Part shown: positions 1 to 12,345 of the stretch, piece after piece
How the letters are laid out: every line of letters starts with the position of its first letter
Position numbering within the stretch: position 1 is the stretch's first letter
NCBI GenBank assembly: GCA_951406725.2
Contig: OX597815.1
Span: 59,458,001 to 59,522,000 of the forward strand
Source: Octopus vulgaris
Taxonomy: Eukaryota
DNA: 64,000 nucleotides
Direction of reading: 5' to 3'
Translations under genes and position numbers: made by a program
Notes under the pieces: model-generated
Database searches by the model: none
The model's input: only the letters and a program-made list of their open reading frames with translations
Told to the model about the DNA's origin: nothing

Positions 1-2430
1 ACATGGATCTCATCCATAATGTGAATGTGACACCGACACTACTCTCGGATCACAACATGGTAGAGCTGACCATGTACGGGCCAAAAGAGAGCACGGACAT
101 GCAGCCTACAAGAAACCCTCAGAATCTTTCCAGCTTGAACTTCCATAAGGCAAACTGGAAACAAATTGAGAAAGAGATCCTCAAACAAGACTGGCCTAAA
201 TGTCTCTCCTCGCCAGACATCGACGTGAAACTTCAACAATTCATGTCTGTAATGCAAGCCATATGCTACAAATGTGTCCCAGAGAGAAAGGCCACTGTAC
301 ACAAGAACAAAATCCCCAGAGAGAGGAAAATTTTAATGAGACGGCGTACAAAAATTTCAAATCGCCTAAACAAACAGATTGAAAGCAATGAAAAGTCCCG
401 CCTAAAAATAAAACTGTTGGAAATTGAAAAATGTCTGCAACTCTCCCATGAAAAGGAAAGAGCAGACAAAGAAGCCTGGGCTATAGACAACATAAAATCT
501 AACCCCAGAGCTTTCTACAGGTATGCCAAAGAAACAGCTACGGTGCACTGTAGAATAGGGCCACTCCTCGAAAAGGATGGCACACTCACAGGAAAACCAA
601 TGAGGGTAAGTGAAATACTGAATGAGCAATTCAAGAGTGTTTTCATCCCACCCCTTGGGCATCTCCAAATCACCAATCCAACTGACTTCTTTACCACTGC
701 AGATATAAAATCAGAGGCGGCGACGATAAATTACATCGATATAAAGGAAGACGATGTAATAAAGGCTATAGTTGAAATGAAAACAGACTCAGCTACTGGC
801 CCCGATGGATTCCCGACAATCCTCCTAAAAGCATGTAAGAGAGTCCTAGCAAGACCACTGCAGTTCCTCTTTCAGAGCTTCCTTGCAGCTGGCAAACTTC
901 CAAGAAAATTGAAGGAAGGTAAAATATGCCCCATTCATAAAGGAGGTAGCAGAGCGGAGGCCAAGAACTACAGACCTATCTCTCTGACCTCACACATCAG
1001 CAAGGTCATGGAACGAATAGTCAGAAGGAAACTGATCACCTTCCTTGAAGAAAATGACTTGATGCCCGACACCCAACATGGTTTCCGACCAGGGAGAAGC
1101 TGTTTAACTCAGCTCCTACAACACTATGACTGGGTGCTGAAACGGCTGCTCAACCACTCTAATGTGGAAGTGATATATCTCGACTTTGCAAAGGCCTTTG
1201 ATAAAGTCAATCATGGAATGACATGTCACAAACTGCGTGATCTCAACATAGTTGGAAAACTGGGAGAATGGCTTCATGACTTTCTGAAAGATAGAAGTCA
1301 GGTGGTAGTAGCCAATGGGGCCACTTCCATTAACATGCAAATAGTGAGCGGTGTTCCGCAGGGCACTGTTCTGGGAACACTACTGTTCATAATGGCCCTC
1401 TCAGGCATGCCCTCAGCCACGCAGAGAGCCACGATCACAAGTTATGCAGATGATACAAAAGTTTCACAGGCAATACAGAACCCTGAGGACACTAAACGCC
1501 TGCAATGTGAGCTGGACAAAATATACAAGTGGGCTGAAAAGAATAGCATGCAGTTCAATGCTGAAAAGTTTCAAGCTTTATACTATCAGCATGCAAAAGT
1601 AAATGCAATACCCAATGAATACACTGGACCCGGAGGAATAGCAATCCCAGAGGCACAATCAGTGCGTGACCTGGGTATTTACATGAGTGATGACGCAACC
1701 TTTCATGTACATGTTGCTAAATTGGCAATGAAATGTAGACGACTGGCCGGATGGATTCTCAGAACCTTTAGAACAAGAGAATAAGAAACCATGATGGTCC
1801 TCTGGAGGACACTTGTCCTAAGCCACTTTGACTACTGCTCTCAGTTATGGTCACCATCCAGTGTCAAGTTGATCACAGAGCTTTGCGTAGCTACACAAAG
1901 ATAGCCTCTATGCAGAATGTAAGCTACTGGGAAAGACTCAAGAGATTAAAACTATATTCCTTGGAGCGTAGGCGGGAAAGATATGCCATAATATACATCT
2001 AGAAGATCCTGGAGGGATGTGTCCCAAACTTTAGCATCGAGAGTTACACAAATGCCAGAACTGGGCGCCACTGCGTGGTGCCTAGGACTCCAAATTTGCC
2101 ATCAAGATGTAGGACAAGATACTGTGATAGCCTGGGCTTCCGAGGCCCACAGCTCTTCAATATCCTCCCGAAGAACCTGAGAGACCTGCATGGGGTGGAT
2201 GCAGATGTCTTTAAAATGGAACTGGATATCTTCCTGTCAGGTGTCCCAGATGAACCAACTTCACGGCAGGAGGTGCAGATGAGGGCAGCTGCATTGAACT
2301 CTCTCATGCACCAAATGGCAGTTGCTAAAAAGCTTTCGTGAAGTAAAACCAAGTAGCAACACCAAATGGCGGTGCCCCAGCATGGCCACAGCTCATGAGC
2401 TGAAACTAGAATCAATCAATCAATCAATCA
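1..2430 (+). mobile_element. CR1-type LINE (family A), ORF2 end of EN + RT + C-terminus, 3' UTR and (ATCA)n tail; runs off window start; inactivated
   Basis: ORF 3-1784 has RT motifs [37 protein letters not shown]. Premature TAA at 1782-1784 and a frameshift near 1885-1900; C-terminus continues in 2075-2341. 3' end ggcggtgccccagcatggcc...(atca)n abuts (TA)n. Near-identical to 52560-53011. Confidence 0.93.
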
Positions 2431-2926
2431 TATACATATATATATATTTATAATATAATATAATATACATATATATATATATATATATATATTTATAATA
2501 TAATATAATATACATATATATATATATATATATTATAATATAATATAATATACATATATATATATATATTTATAATATAATATAATATACACATATATAT
2601 ATATTTATAATATAATATAATATACATATATATATATATATATATTTATAATATAATATAATATACATATATATATATATTTATAATATAATATACATAT
2701 ATATATTTATAATATAATATACATATATATATATATATTTTATAATATAATATAATATATATATATATATTTATAATATAATATAATATACATATATATA
2801 TATATATTTATAATATAGTATAATATACATATATATATTTATAATATAATATAATATACATATATATATATTTATAATATAATATAATTATACATATATA
2901 TATATATTTATAATATAATATAATAT

Positions 2927-2966
<40 letters not shown>

Positions 2967-3040
2967 ATAATATACATATATATATATATATTATAATATA
3001 ATATAATATACATATATATATATATTTATAATATAATATA

Positions 3041-3086
<46 letters not shown>
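2431..3086. repeat. Compound (TA)n / tttataatataatataatatac minisatellite
   Basis: Repeated ~30-45 bp units built on TA dinucleotides. Confidence 0.95.
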
Positions 3087-3090
<4 letters not shown>

Positions 3091-4027
3091 ACGGAATCAC
3101 CCGTCGCCGCTCGCCCGAATGGACAAGTTCGCCACGGAACCAAGAGAGAGGAGAGATACAACAACAGCAGCAGCAGCCCAGAGAGATACAGAGGCAACCG
3201 AGAGAGACACAAAACGGCAACAACTGGCTTACATTTAACAACTAGTTTATGACAATCAATTGTTACAACATCAAAGCATTTAAAGGAAACAACAAATCAA
3301 TACAGGTATACAACAGATCAAAGCATTTAAACATGCAAGTAACAATATAATAGTCCGGTAACGACGCAACAAGTCATATACAGTTCGAAGGACGTTATAC
3401 AATGTTCAAATCACAACACTGTACAAAATGTCTTTACACAATTCACATTGTTCATTTCACTGTCTCAGTTCTTTTCACTGTTCAATACACCAATTCTTTT
3501 TTCCTTCTACAGTCTCTTTACATCGTAGCACCTATCAATACAATTAAATGCCTTAATTCCTAATTAGAATAGCCAGTGTCCCATATTGTAGTCTCTCTCT
3601 CCCAGCGCCGCTAGCTCCAACTTGCCAAGCTCCTGAATCCAACCGCTTGCTTTGACTTCCAAAATCCGACTATCCTCTTTGACGACCGAATACCGACTGT
3701 TATATTGTTACTTGCATGTTTAAATGCTTTGATCTGTTGTATACCTGTATTGATTTGTTGTTTCCTTTAAATGCTTTGATGTTGTAACAATTGATTGTCA
3801 TAAACTAATTGTTAAATGTAAGCCAGTTGTTGCCTTGCTGTTTTGTGTCTCTCTCGGTTGCCTATGTATCTCTCTGTGCTGCTGCTGCTGTTGTTGTTGT
3901 ATCTCTCCTCTCTCTGGGTTCCGTGGCGAACTTGCCCGTTCGGGCGAGCGGCGACAGGTGATTCCGTAACAATTGATGTCAGAAGTTGGGATTGTCCTGA
4001 TTGCTGCGCTCGATCGGCTTTTTCGCT

Positions 4028-5977
4028 ATGGATTCGTCTGGTTGTCAGACCGGAGACGAGGAGATTTCGCTTGCCCTGATTATAGAGATGTTGAGGGGCC
4101 AATTGACGCTGACGAACACATTCTTAGAAAGAATGGACAAGAGGCGACAGGGCCTGTGGGCAGATCAGCAGGAGCTTGAGGTTGCGGTTGGGTCAGCTTT
4201 GGAGGATCGGTGTTGGACCGGGGATAGCAACGGTCCTGTGGGCGGAGATTGCCCGTCAAATGAAGCGTCAAGTGAAGAGTGTGGGTCGGAAGAACCCTTT
4301 GAAGTGGTTGCTGAAATTTGTGACGCTGGACGTGAAGGAAGTGTTCCGGAACCTGGGTTGGTTGCCGAAATTTGTGATGCTGTACCCAAGAAATCTTGTG
4401 ATTTGGAACCCGTAGAGGTTAAGAAAACCGAAAAGCCTGCATGTGTTATGGCTGATGCTGTTGTTCCGTGTCTGGAGCCCTTGGCATCTCAACCCCTGTC
4501 TCTCGGAGCTCAGGACGAAGAGCTGGCGAAGTCGGGAGCAGATATCGCTAAGTCCGAGGTTCCGGCTCTGTGTGTAATGGTCGCGGTGGATGTTATGCCA
4601 TGTGCGAGTCCTTTGGTGTCTGGGCCCCTGTCTCTCGGGGCTCAGAAGGACTGTATGGTTCCCACTGTGGAGAGGCCACAGGCGTGGATGGACTGGCGGC
4701 CGAGCGTGCGTGTTGTGAAGCCTTCGGTGCAGAAGCTGGAGAGGAAAAGGACCAAGCCCGTTGGCGAGGCAAGACGGTTACGAGCGGTGGTGGGTCTACC
4801 AAGACCAGGAAGACTGCTTCAGTGTTGGGTGAGCTTTGTGGTTGATGGCTGCTTGGGGCCAGTGGAGCCCGACAGGCAGTGCATAGTAAAAGCTCAATTG
4901 AGGGTCGGGTGGACCCTAGTAGAAGCAGAAGCTGGCAGGGCGCTGGCTGGGTCGGCCGATCTTTTGGAAGTGGCACAGGCGATTTGTAGAAGGCAAATCG
5001 AGGAATCGTGCCAGATGGCGAACCAGTGGTGGGGCCAGTTCTGCAGATACGGCAACGCAGTTGAAGGAGATGGTAGCCCACTGATGCAGTTGCGGAAGCG
5101 GTCCGCAAGGAGTCGCTGGTGCTTGGTTGGCACTCGGGTGAGCTCTGTATTCAATGGTTGCGTGGGGCTGGTGGAGCCTGACAGGCAGTGCATAGTAAGG
5201 GCTCGATTGAGGGTTGGCTGGACCTTGGTGGAGGCAGAGGTTGACAGGGCGCTGGTTGGGTCGGCCAATTTATTGAAGGCTGTGCAGGCGATTTGCAGAG
5301 GGCAAATCGTGGAACTGCGCCGGACGGTGAACCAGCGGCGGGGCCAGTTCTGCCGATACAGTGATGCAGTTAAAGGAGATGGTGGTCCACCGATGCAGTT
5401 GCGGAAGAAGCAACCGTTGGTGAGGAGCGCAGGACGTTGGTCGCGAGGGTTGTTGGATGTTGGTCGCACGGACATGGCGGAGTGCTTCATCAACCCAGGC
5501 GGTCATCGCTTGAGGAAGCAGCGAGGCCGGAGGAAAGTCCCAGTACGGCAGCGCAAGAGGAGATATCGGCGACAGGGAATAGTGGAAAAGCGGAATGGTC
5601 CCTGGTCGTCGGCAATAATTGCGCGGAATGGAGATGGCACAGCAAGATGCTACGTGGGGTATAGAGCCCTGAGGAAGTTGGCCACTGTGAAGGATTGGCC
5701 GGACCCTGCCTGTGTGAGGGATTTGAGGAACTTCCTCGGACGGTACGCCTATTGTAGGCGGCTCGTAGGAAGCTTGGCGGTCTTGGCAGAGGTGTCACCC
5801 AAGCTGCAGAGGGAGGGTGCCAACCTGTGGCCGGTGGTGAAGTGGTGGCCGTGGGAGGTGAGACCCCCAGAGGAGAAACCACCCAAGGGGACCTCCAGTT
5901 CCTGGAACATCTGCTGGAGCTCGCCCTCGGAGGTGCGGGTTTGTTATGCTTTTGTCGGGTCGACAAAGCTTAGGTAG
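4028..5977 (+). CDS. Single ~650-aa ORF of the LTR element: gag-like N-terminus, internal ~100-aa duplication, fused RT-start and RT-end remnants
   Basis: Open from ATG 4028 to TAG within the PPT. PWSSAIIARNGDGTARCYVGYRAL resembles Gypsy SPWSSP..KKDG..RFCVDYRKLN and is fused directly to VKDWPDP..VRDLRNFLG...YCRRLV. No YxDD, RNase H or integrase. Confidence 0.6.
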   Translation: MDSSGCQTGDEEISLALIIEMLRGQLTLTNTFLERMDKRRQGLWADQQELEVAVGSALEDRCWTGDSNGPVGGDCPSNEASSEECGSEEPFEVVAEICDAGREGSVPEPGLVAEICDAVPKKSCDLEPVEVKKTEKPACVMADAVVPCLEPLASQPLSLGAQDEELAKSGADIAKSEVPALCVMVAVDVMPCASPLVSGPLSLGAQKDCMVPTVERPQAWMDWRPSVRVVKPSVQKLERKRTKPVGEARRLRAVVGLPRPGRLLQCWVSFVVDGCLGPVEPDRQCIVKAQLRVGWTLVEAEAGRALAGSADLLEVAQAICRRQIEESCQMANQWWGQFCRYGNAVEGDGSPLMQLRKRSARSRWCLVGTRVSSVFNGCVGLVEPDRQCIVRARLRVGWTLVEAEVDRALVGSANLLKAVQAICRGQIVELRRTVNQRRGQFCRYSDAVKGDGGPPMQLRKKQPLVRSAGRWSRGLLDVGRTDMAECFINPGGHRLRKQRGRRKVPVRQRKRRYRRQGIVEKRNGPWSSAIIARNGDGTARCYVGYRALRKLATVKDWPDPACVRDLRNFLGRYAYCRRLVGSLAVLAEVSPKLQREGANLWPVVKWWPWEVRPPEEKPPKGTSSSWNICWSSPSEVRVCYAFVGSTKLR

Positions 5978-5984
5978 GGGGTAG

Positions 5985-6911
5985 TGTTATGGTTTGGCTA
6001 GTGCAGTATTTCTTGACCCACTTTTTGGGAGTGGTGCCGGCACGTCTGGAAGAAAAGCAACAGCCCTTTGTTTACTGGAAGAGTAATGGCTTTTTGGAGG
6101 GACCTTTTGGCCTTGTGCGGTCGATTGGGGGTCAGAGAGATGTAAGGGCTGAGAGCAGATAGAGAGAGTATAAGGCTAAGAGACAGATTGAGGATAGAGA
6201 TAGGCAGTTAGGGCTGAGAGCAGATGGAGAGGGTATGAGCAGTAGAGACAGATTGAGGGGTAGTGATAGGGGGACAGTTGGTATTCGGTCGTCAAAGCGA
6301 GCAGTTGGGAATTCGGGGCAAGAGTTTGGCAAGTTGGAACTAGCGGCACTGAGAGAGAGGAACTACAATATGGGACACTGGCCATTCTAATTAGGAATTA
6401 AGGTATTTAATTGTATTGATACGTGCTACGATGTAAAGAGACTGTAAAAGAAAAAAAGAGAAAGAAGAAAGAGAGAGAAAAAGAAGGACTCTGATGTAGT
6501 CGTTAAAGACTTTGAATTGTAATGTGAATTGTTGTGATACGAACATTGTATAATGAACAATTGAACTGTTAGGCCTTTAATGTCCTTCGAACTGTATATG
6601 ACTTGTTGATGTGTTTTGAAACAGAACTGTGTCTTCGGACGTGTACCTTTGAAATGCTGATATATTGCTTTGATCTGTTGTATACCTGTATTGATTTGTT
6701 GTTTCCTTTAAATGCTTTGATGTGTAACAATTGATTGTCATATAAACTAGTGTTAAATGTAAGCCAGTTATGCCTTGCCTCTTTGTGTCTCTCTCTGTTG
6801 CCTCTGTATCTCTCTGTGCTGCTGTTGTTGTTGTTGTTGTATCTCTCCTCTCTCTGGGTTCCGTGGCGAACTTGCCCGTTCGGGCGAGCAGCGACGAGTG
6901 ATTCCGTAACA
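5985..6911 (+). repeat. 3' LTR (~927 bp)
   Basis: TG...CA termini with short inverted ends tgtta/taaca; its 3' part matches 3697-3971 directly and 3087-3697 inverted. Confidence 0.88.
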
Positions 6912-6944
6912 ATATCATATATTTCTTCAACTAAAAAAACCTTT

Positions 6945-7003
6945 AAGGTAATGCTCCAGAATGTCCACAGTTAGATGACTGAAACAATTAAAAGAATAAA
7001 AGA
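6945..7003 (+). mobile_element. SINE/LINE 3' tail fragment
   Basis: tgctccagaatgtccacagttagatgactgaaacaattaaaagaataaaag matches the SINE tail at 28960-29020. Confidence 0.65.
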
Positions 7004-8351
7004 TTAGATATAGTGTACTGTTCTGTGATTGTATGATCAATATATGTTTTTATGCGCTACTATTAGTTTCATATGCTGAACACATCTGGTGTCCCAGCGC
7101 AATCATCAGACACTGCCCATATGCCATAATGAACTAAAAATGGGACAAGAGAAAAGGTAAGAAGGAAGTATATATGAGAAGGGGAAGGTTGAAAAACCAG
7201 AAAAGAAAAAGAAATCAGAAGGGAGCAAAAAGGGGAATAAGAATTATTTCCCTTAAACCATAAATTATAAAGCTGAAAAAATAATGCTTACAACTACTGA
7301 AAATTTTTGATCTAGAGTTCAGCAGTGAGTTAGAGTTCTTAGAGCTGAAAAGAGTGTCTTCTTTCAGCTATGCATAGCTTACATTTTTTTTTTCTTTTTG
7401 ATCTGTTAACATAGGGTGTTGACTTTTGTGACTATTTTCCACTTTGTTGTATGTGGTGTGGCATTCAATTTCAAACCCCATGTGTGGCTAACCAACTTAG
7501 TAGCTTTACTTTTGTCCCTGTGTCAAAAGGAAGGCATGTGATTAGCATAGCAGTTTTTGAATTCTCTTTCATATAGTCTGTGAGAGCCTGCAGTGACCTT
7601 TGTGAGGTAGTGTGCAGAGTGACATTTCTGTGTTTACTTCGCAAGTTGTGAAATTTGTGTTTTTGTGTTTTCTAGAGTTGGGAAGCATGGTGGCACCTCT
7701 TAATTACTATTACATCCACGTTTTCTCTGATCTGGTATGGTAGTATCTGCCAGGGTCCCATCTATGAGTTAAATTGATTTCCCAGTATTAAAGGAAGTTT
7801 ACATTATTCTTGACAAAACTCTGAGGAAGACACTTTTTGTATTTTAGAAAGTCCTATTGTGATGGATATGGCATAAGATGTCATATCCATGCACATGCAA
7901 GGATAAAAGTAAATCAGAACAATCAGGCTGAATTTGAGATGACTATCATCTGACAAGATGAAGTAATCATCATATATATATGTGCATAAATTCATTTTGT
8001 TCATTCATACATACTTATTTCTTAAAACCCCCTACTTCAATTTGCTATGAATAAGAATACTTTATATTCTCAGTAAATTGAATGTCAGCTGGTTTCAATT
8101 CTTGATTTCAATTGTGTTGTTATTGAACTTAGCAATAGCCTTCATTTCCATACATCTATTTCCTAAAAATATAAGACAAAGCATTCAATTATTAAAACTC
8201 ACCACAATACTGGGAACTCCAGCACACTTGGCAAAATACTTTAGACAAATAGGTGACATATGCAAGAATATTTGTATTTCTTGTCTTGCCTATACATTAG
8301 TTGAATCACAAAATTGAAGTCTTATACACATTTTTTTCTTATTTGTTTCAG

Positions 8352-8389
8352 TTCAGCCAACTCTGTTGGTAAACTTTTATCTCCATCAG
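8352..8389 (+). CDS. Probable micro-exon of ASK-family MAP3K (linker before SAM): SANSVGKLLSPS
   Basis: Pyrimidine tract + tttcag acceptor (alternative cag at 8354-8356) and strong CAG|GTAAGT donor; ends in phase 1, matching the start phase of exon 23873. Confidence 0.5.
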
Positions 8390-8648
8390 GTAAGTGTTGT
8401 CATTCACAACTTTTTTCACAAAATCTTATTCAGTTGGAAAAATAAAATTCTAATAATTTTACATTAGTTTAAAACCAGTAAAATAATTCATTTGATAATT
8501 TAACATTGTTATTACTTCATTGCAGACAACTGAGACAAAAGAAAGCTATATCAAAATTGCTTTATTGAAAATAAGAATATGATTTGTAGTCAACTAAAAA
8601 ATATTCATCCAGTTTCTGAATAGTTTAAATATAATTCTCCAACAAATA

Positions 8649-9035
8649 GGCGTAGGAGTGGCTGTGTGGTAAGTAGCTTGCTTACAAACCACATGGTTCT
8701 GGGTTCAGTCCCACTGTGTGGCACCTTGGGCAAGTGTCTTCTACTATAGCCTCGGGCTGACCAAAGCCTTGTGAGTGGATTTGGTTGACGGAAACTAAAA
8801 GAAGCCTGTCGTATATATGTATATATATGTATTACGTGTGTGTCTGTGTTTGTCCCCACATCGCTTGACAATTGATGCTGGTGTGTTTACGTCCACGTAA
8901 CTTAGCGGTTCGGCAAAAAGAGACCGATTGAATAAGTACTAGGCTTACAAAGAATAAGTCCTGAGGTCAATTTGATCGACGGCGGTGCTCCAGCATGGCC
9001 ACAGCCAAATGACTGAAACAAGTAAAAGAGAGTAA
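8649..9035 (+). mobile_element. tRNA-derived SINE, full length
   Basis: A box (tggctgtgtggt), B box (ggttcagtccc), internal (TA/TG)n, and LINE-like tail ggcggtgctccagcatggcc...gaaacaagtaaaagag; homologous to 28620-29020. Confidence 0.9.
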
Positions 9036-9039
9036 ATAG

Positions 9040-9225
9040 GCTTAAGTATGGCTATGTGGTAATAAGTTTGCATCCCAATCACATCGTCCTGGGTTCACTC
9101 CCACTGCACGACACCTTGAGCAAATGTCATCTACTATAGCTTTGGGCCAACCAAAGCCTTGTGAGTAGATTTGATGAACAGAAACTGAAAGAAGCCCATT
9201 ATATATATGTATATATATTATATAT
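9040..9225 (+). mobile_element. tRNA-derived SINE, 5' part
   Basis: Diverged copy of the head of 8649-8810. Confidence 0.75.
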
Positions 9226-9745
9226 GCACATCGGCTTCTATGCACCTGTGACCTACACGATCTACTGGTCTGTAGCACCTTCCTCTCCTCCATCCCAACC
9301 CAAACCAAATTCTTCCCTTGCTTCAGATCCTGCTGCCACAGCTGTCCTTTCATCACCAACACCACCTCCCTCACTGGATCCTACCAGCACACCCTCCACA
9401 TTAGTAACTCCTCCTTCACTTCTTCCAGCTTTATCTATTGCATCAAATGTAATTTCTGCAACAAACTCTACATTGGCCAGACAAGCTGCCAGCTGGCTGA
9501 CTGGTTCACTGAACATCTACAAGATGTTCGGCTACATACAAATTCCCCCATTGCCCACCATTTTCGCTTGGCCAGTCACTCCACCTCAAATATCACCATC
9601 TTTGGCTTCGCCCTACACCACGTATCCACCAACTCTTAACTTCATCTTGAACAGCATTACATTTTCAGTCTACAAACACAAACTCCTTTCAGACTTAACA
9701 CAACTCCATCCTCTCAATGACTGTCTCTACACCCTCCTTAAAAAA
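9226..9745 (+). mobile_element. Penelope-like element fragment, GIY-YIG endonuclease (pseudogene)
   Basis: A frame different from the ORF-track entry reads CCHSCPFI...FIYCIKCNFCNKLYIGQTSCQLADWFTEHLQDVRL...EQHYIFSLQTQTPFRLN, with an in-frame stop. Confidence 0.8.
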
Positions 9746-10116
9746 TGACTTTTTATCCTATCTTATATTCACTCACTATTTATAACTTTCATTTGATTTT
9801 TATCAATTTTTTTCGTTTTTTTTCCATTGTAATTGCTTATTTTGATCCTTTTAATTTATTTTATCTATTTATTGTCTTTTACCTTTCTATTTTTTCTCAT
9901 TTTAATTTTAATTTTTTATCTTCTATTATTTTTTGTTTATAAATTTTATTTTTTCATCTTGTACTTTTCTCTTTTTATATATTTTATTTTTTTATAAATG
10001 CACACTCACACATACATACACGCACACACATGAACACACATATACCTCCCACACACACAAAACATACAAATACGTGCACACACATATATACACACATACA
10101 GGAACACATATATATT

Positions 10117-10340
10117 TCTTTACTGCCCACAAGGGGCTAAACGTAGAGGGGAAAAACAAGGACAGACAAAGGGATTAAGCTGATTGCAATGACCCCAGTG
10201 CGAAACTGGTACTTTATTTATCGACTCCGAAAGGATGAAAGGCAAAGTCGACCTCGGCAGAATTTGAACTCAGAACGTAACGGCAGACAAAATACCACAA
10301 AGCATTTCGCCCGGCATGCTAACGTTTCTGCCAGCTCACA
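10117..10340 (-). mobile_element. Second tRNA-derived SINE family
   Basis: Reverse strand has a tRNA-like head (gagttcaaattc B box) and central gtcgactttgcctttcatcctttcggagtcgataaataaagtaccag domain; related decayed copies near 29690-29800 and 39180-39350. Confidence 0.8.
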
Positions 10341-10559
10341 GGAACACATATAACTCCACACACAACCCCACACACACACACTCACATACACATGCATACA
10401 CATAAACACACACATACATTCACACATGCATACATACATGTACATACATGCACACACATAGTTACCACCACCTGCATACACACACACACATGCACATACC
10501 CACACATACCTCCTTACTTACGCTCTCCTGTCTTAGAAAGCACTCTTTTTTGTCCACCC

Positions 10560-10785
10560 CCTTCCGGTCATTCCAAATATAACTACATGTGGATTGTTGG
10601 CAATTTTTTTTCTTCCATTTTCCTTTTCTCTTGAACTTTCCCCTGTCTCCTGTTTCTGAAGAAGAGCTTTGCTCAAAACGTAAAACACCCTTTCTGTCCT
10701 TCCCTGAGGATCTTATTAATACTTTGCATGTACCATATCATCGTGTTATTGTCTTTTACCTTGTTTTTTTTCTCCAGTTCTTTGG
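10560..10785 (+). mobile_element. Penelope-associated terminal repeat with minimal hammerhead motif
   Basis: tgttt-CTGAAGA-a-gagc-ttt-gctc-(a)AAA-cg-TA-aaaca at 10651-10687; related copies at 33240-33435 (-) and 40540-40810 (-). Confidence 0.6.
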
Positions 10786-10814
10786 ATTATATATATATAT
10801 ATATATATATATTA

Positions 10815-11790
10815 ATTAGAGTATTTGGAAAATAATTGCATTTTTTCACCACTATGAAATATGAATCAACCAATCACATCAGAGCCAGGGTTGAATGGCT
10901 ATTTCAGTAATTAACCCCATGGAGGATAAGAACTTTATGAAACATCATATTTGCCATTGCTTATTCTATGAGTTTCAAAAGAAAAGTATCACTACAGATG
11001 CAATGAAAACCATTTGTGAAGTGTATCCGGATTCACTGAAAGCTCCTACATGTCAGCTGTGGTTTAAAAGGTTTGAAGATGGTGATTGTGACATTTGGAC
11101 AAGCCTCACTCTGGAAGACAACCCACTCTGAATGATGACCTTTTGAATGAGACTGTTGTATTGGATCCATATCAAAGCACCAGAGATTTGGCATAAAAAT
11201 TTAATGTGTCATATTCAATTATCCACAGACATCTCAAGCAGTGTTACAGGTGATAAAAAATGGGTTTTGCATCACAACAGAAAACAAAAAAGACAATGGT
11301 TATCATGTAATGAGAGGCCAATGCCAACACCAAAACCAGAACTTCATCTACAAAAAATCTTTGCTCTGTGTTTGGTGAAACCTGAAAGATATTGTCCATT
11401 ACAAGCTACTGGGACATGCCAATAACTTGATCATGTAATTGAAAAATTATATCAAAACTAGCCAGCTTTAATAAACAGAAATGGTGTTATTCTCCATCGT
11501 GACATTGCAAGGCTACACTCTTCAAAACAAACTAAAAAAAAAATAAGATCATTAGTATGCAAAGTTCTTCCACATCCTCCATACTCACCAGACTTAGTGC
11601 CTATGGATTTCCATCTGTTCCAATCTCTAGAACATTTTATAAGAGATAAAACATTCAGAAACAGAGAGAAAGTTGAAAACAGTCTTTCAGACTTTTTTTC
11701 AGGAAGAGAAACAGATTTCTCTCATAAAAAAATTATTTTCCCATTGGGCTGCAGGCATTGGAAATGATGGTGATTACATTCTTGATTAAA
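10815..11790 (+). mobile_element. Tc1/mariner transposase pseudogene
   Basis: HTH N-terminus (HICHCLFYEF...CQLWFKRFEDG), VTGDKKWV, LHRDIARLH and HPPYSPDLVPMDFHLF motifs across frameshifts. Confidence 0.9.
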
Positions 11791-11999
11791 ACGATTCAGA
11801 TAAACATTGTTTACATTCAATTTTATAAGATAAATATCTAGTTTGTTTGCTCCCTATATGTCTATATCCATTGTTATGCTACTTAGTTCACATTATGTTG
11901 GTTGTAAGAACTAAAGATTTTCTAGAGCAGTCCATTTTGAGGTACAGGCTGAGAGATCAAAATACAGATATGTATGTATCATAAATATATATAAGTACA

Positions 12000-12345
12000 G
12001 ACACGGCTGTGTGGTTAAGCTTAATTCTCAACCATGTGACCTAGTGTCTTCTGCTATAGCCCTAGGCTGACTTATGTAAGTGAATTTAAGTAATGAAAAC
12101 TAAAAGAAGTCCATTGTGTGTGTATGAGTCTACTCTTCTCTTGACATTACCATCTTACAAGCAATGTTGTTCATTTCCAGTTTTCAGAGAAAAACATGTC
12201 TGACCAGGGGGAAATATTATCTTGCTAAGGTAAAGGTTAAAGACAGGAAGAACATGTGATTGTAGAAAATCTACTTCAAGAAATTCTGTCTGATCCATGC
12301 AAGCATGGAAAAGTGGATGTTAAATGATAATGATGAAATGTACAT
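12000..12345 (+). mobile_element. Decayed SINE
   Basis: ggctgtgtggtt head, ctgctatagccctaggctgac body, and ccatgcaagcatggaaaagtggatgttaaatgat(gat) tail. Confidence 0.6.

Larger units (their letters stand above)
3087..6911 (+). mobile_element. Non-autonomous Gypsy-like LTR retroelement with rearranged 5' LTR
   Basis: 3' LTR 5985-6911 (TGTTA...TAACA) follows a polypurine tract aggtagggggtag at 5972-5984. The 5' LTR remnant ends at 3971 and is followed by PBS-like ttgatgtcagaagttgggat (cf. tRNA-Leu PBS TGGTGTCAGAAGTGGGAT). 3087-3697 is an inverted LTR segment. Confidence 0.88.

Noticed and set aside
9161-9748. 195-aa Pro/Ser/Thr-rich ORF
   Set aside because: Off-frame reading of a Penelope GIY-YIG remnant joined to a SINE
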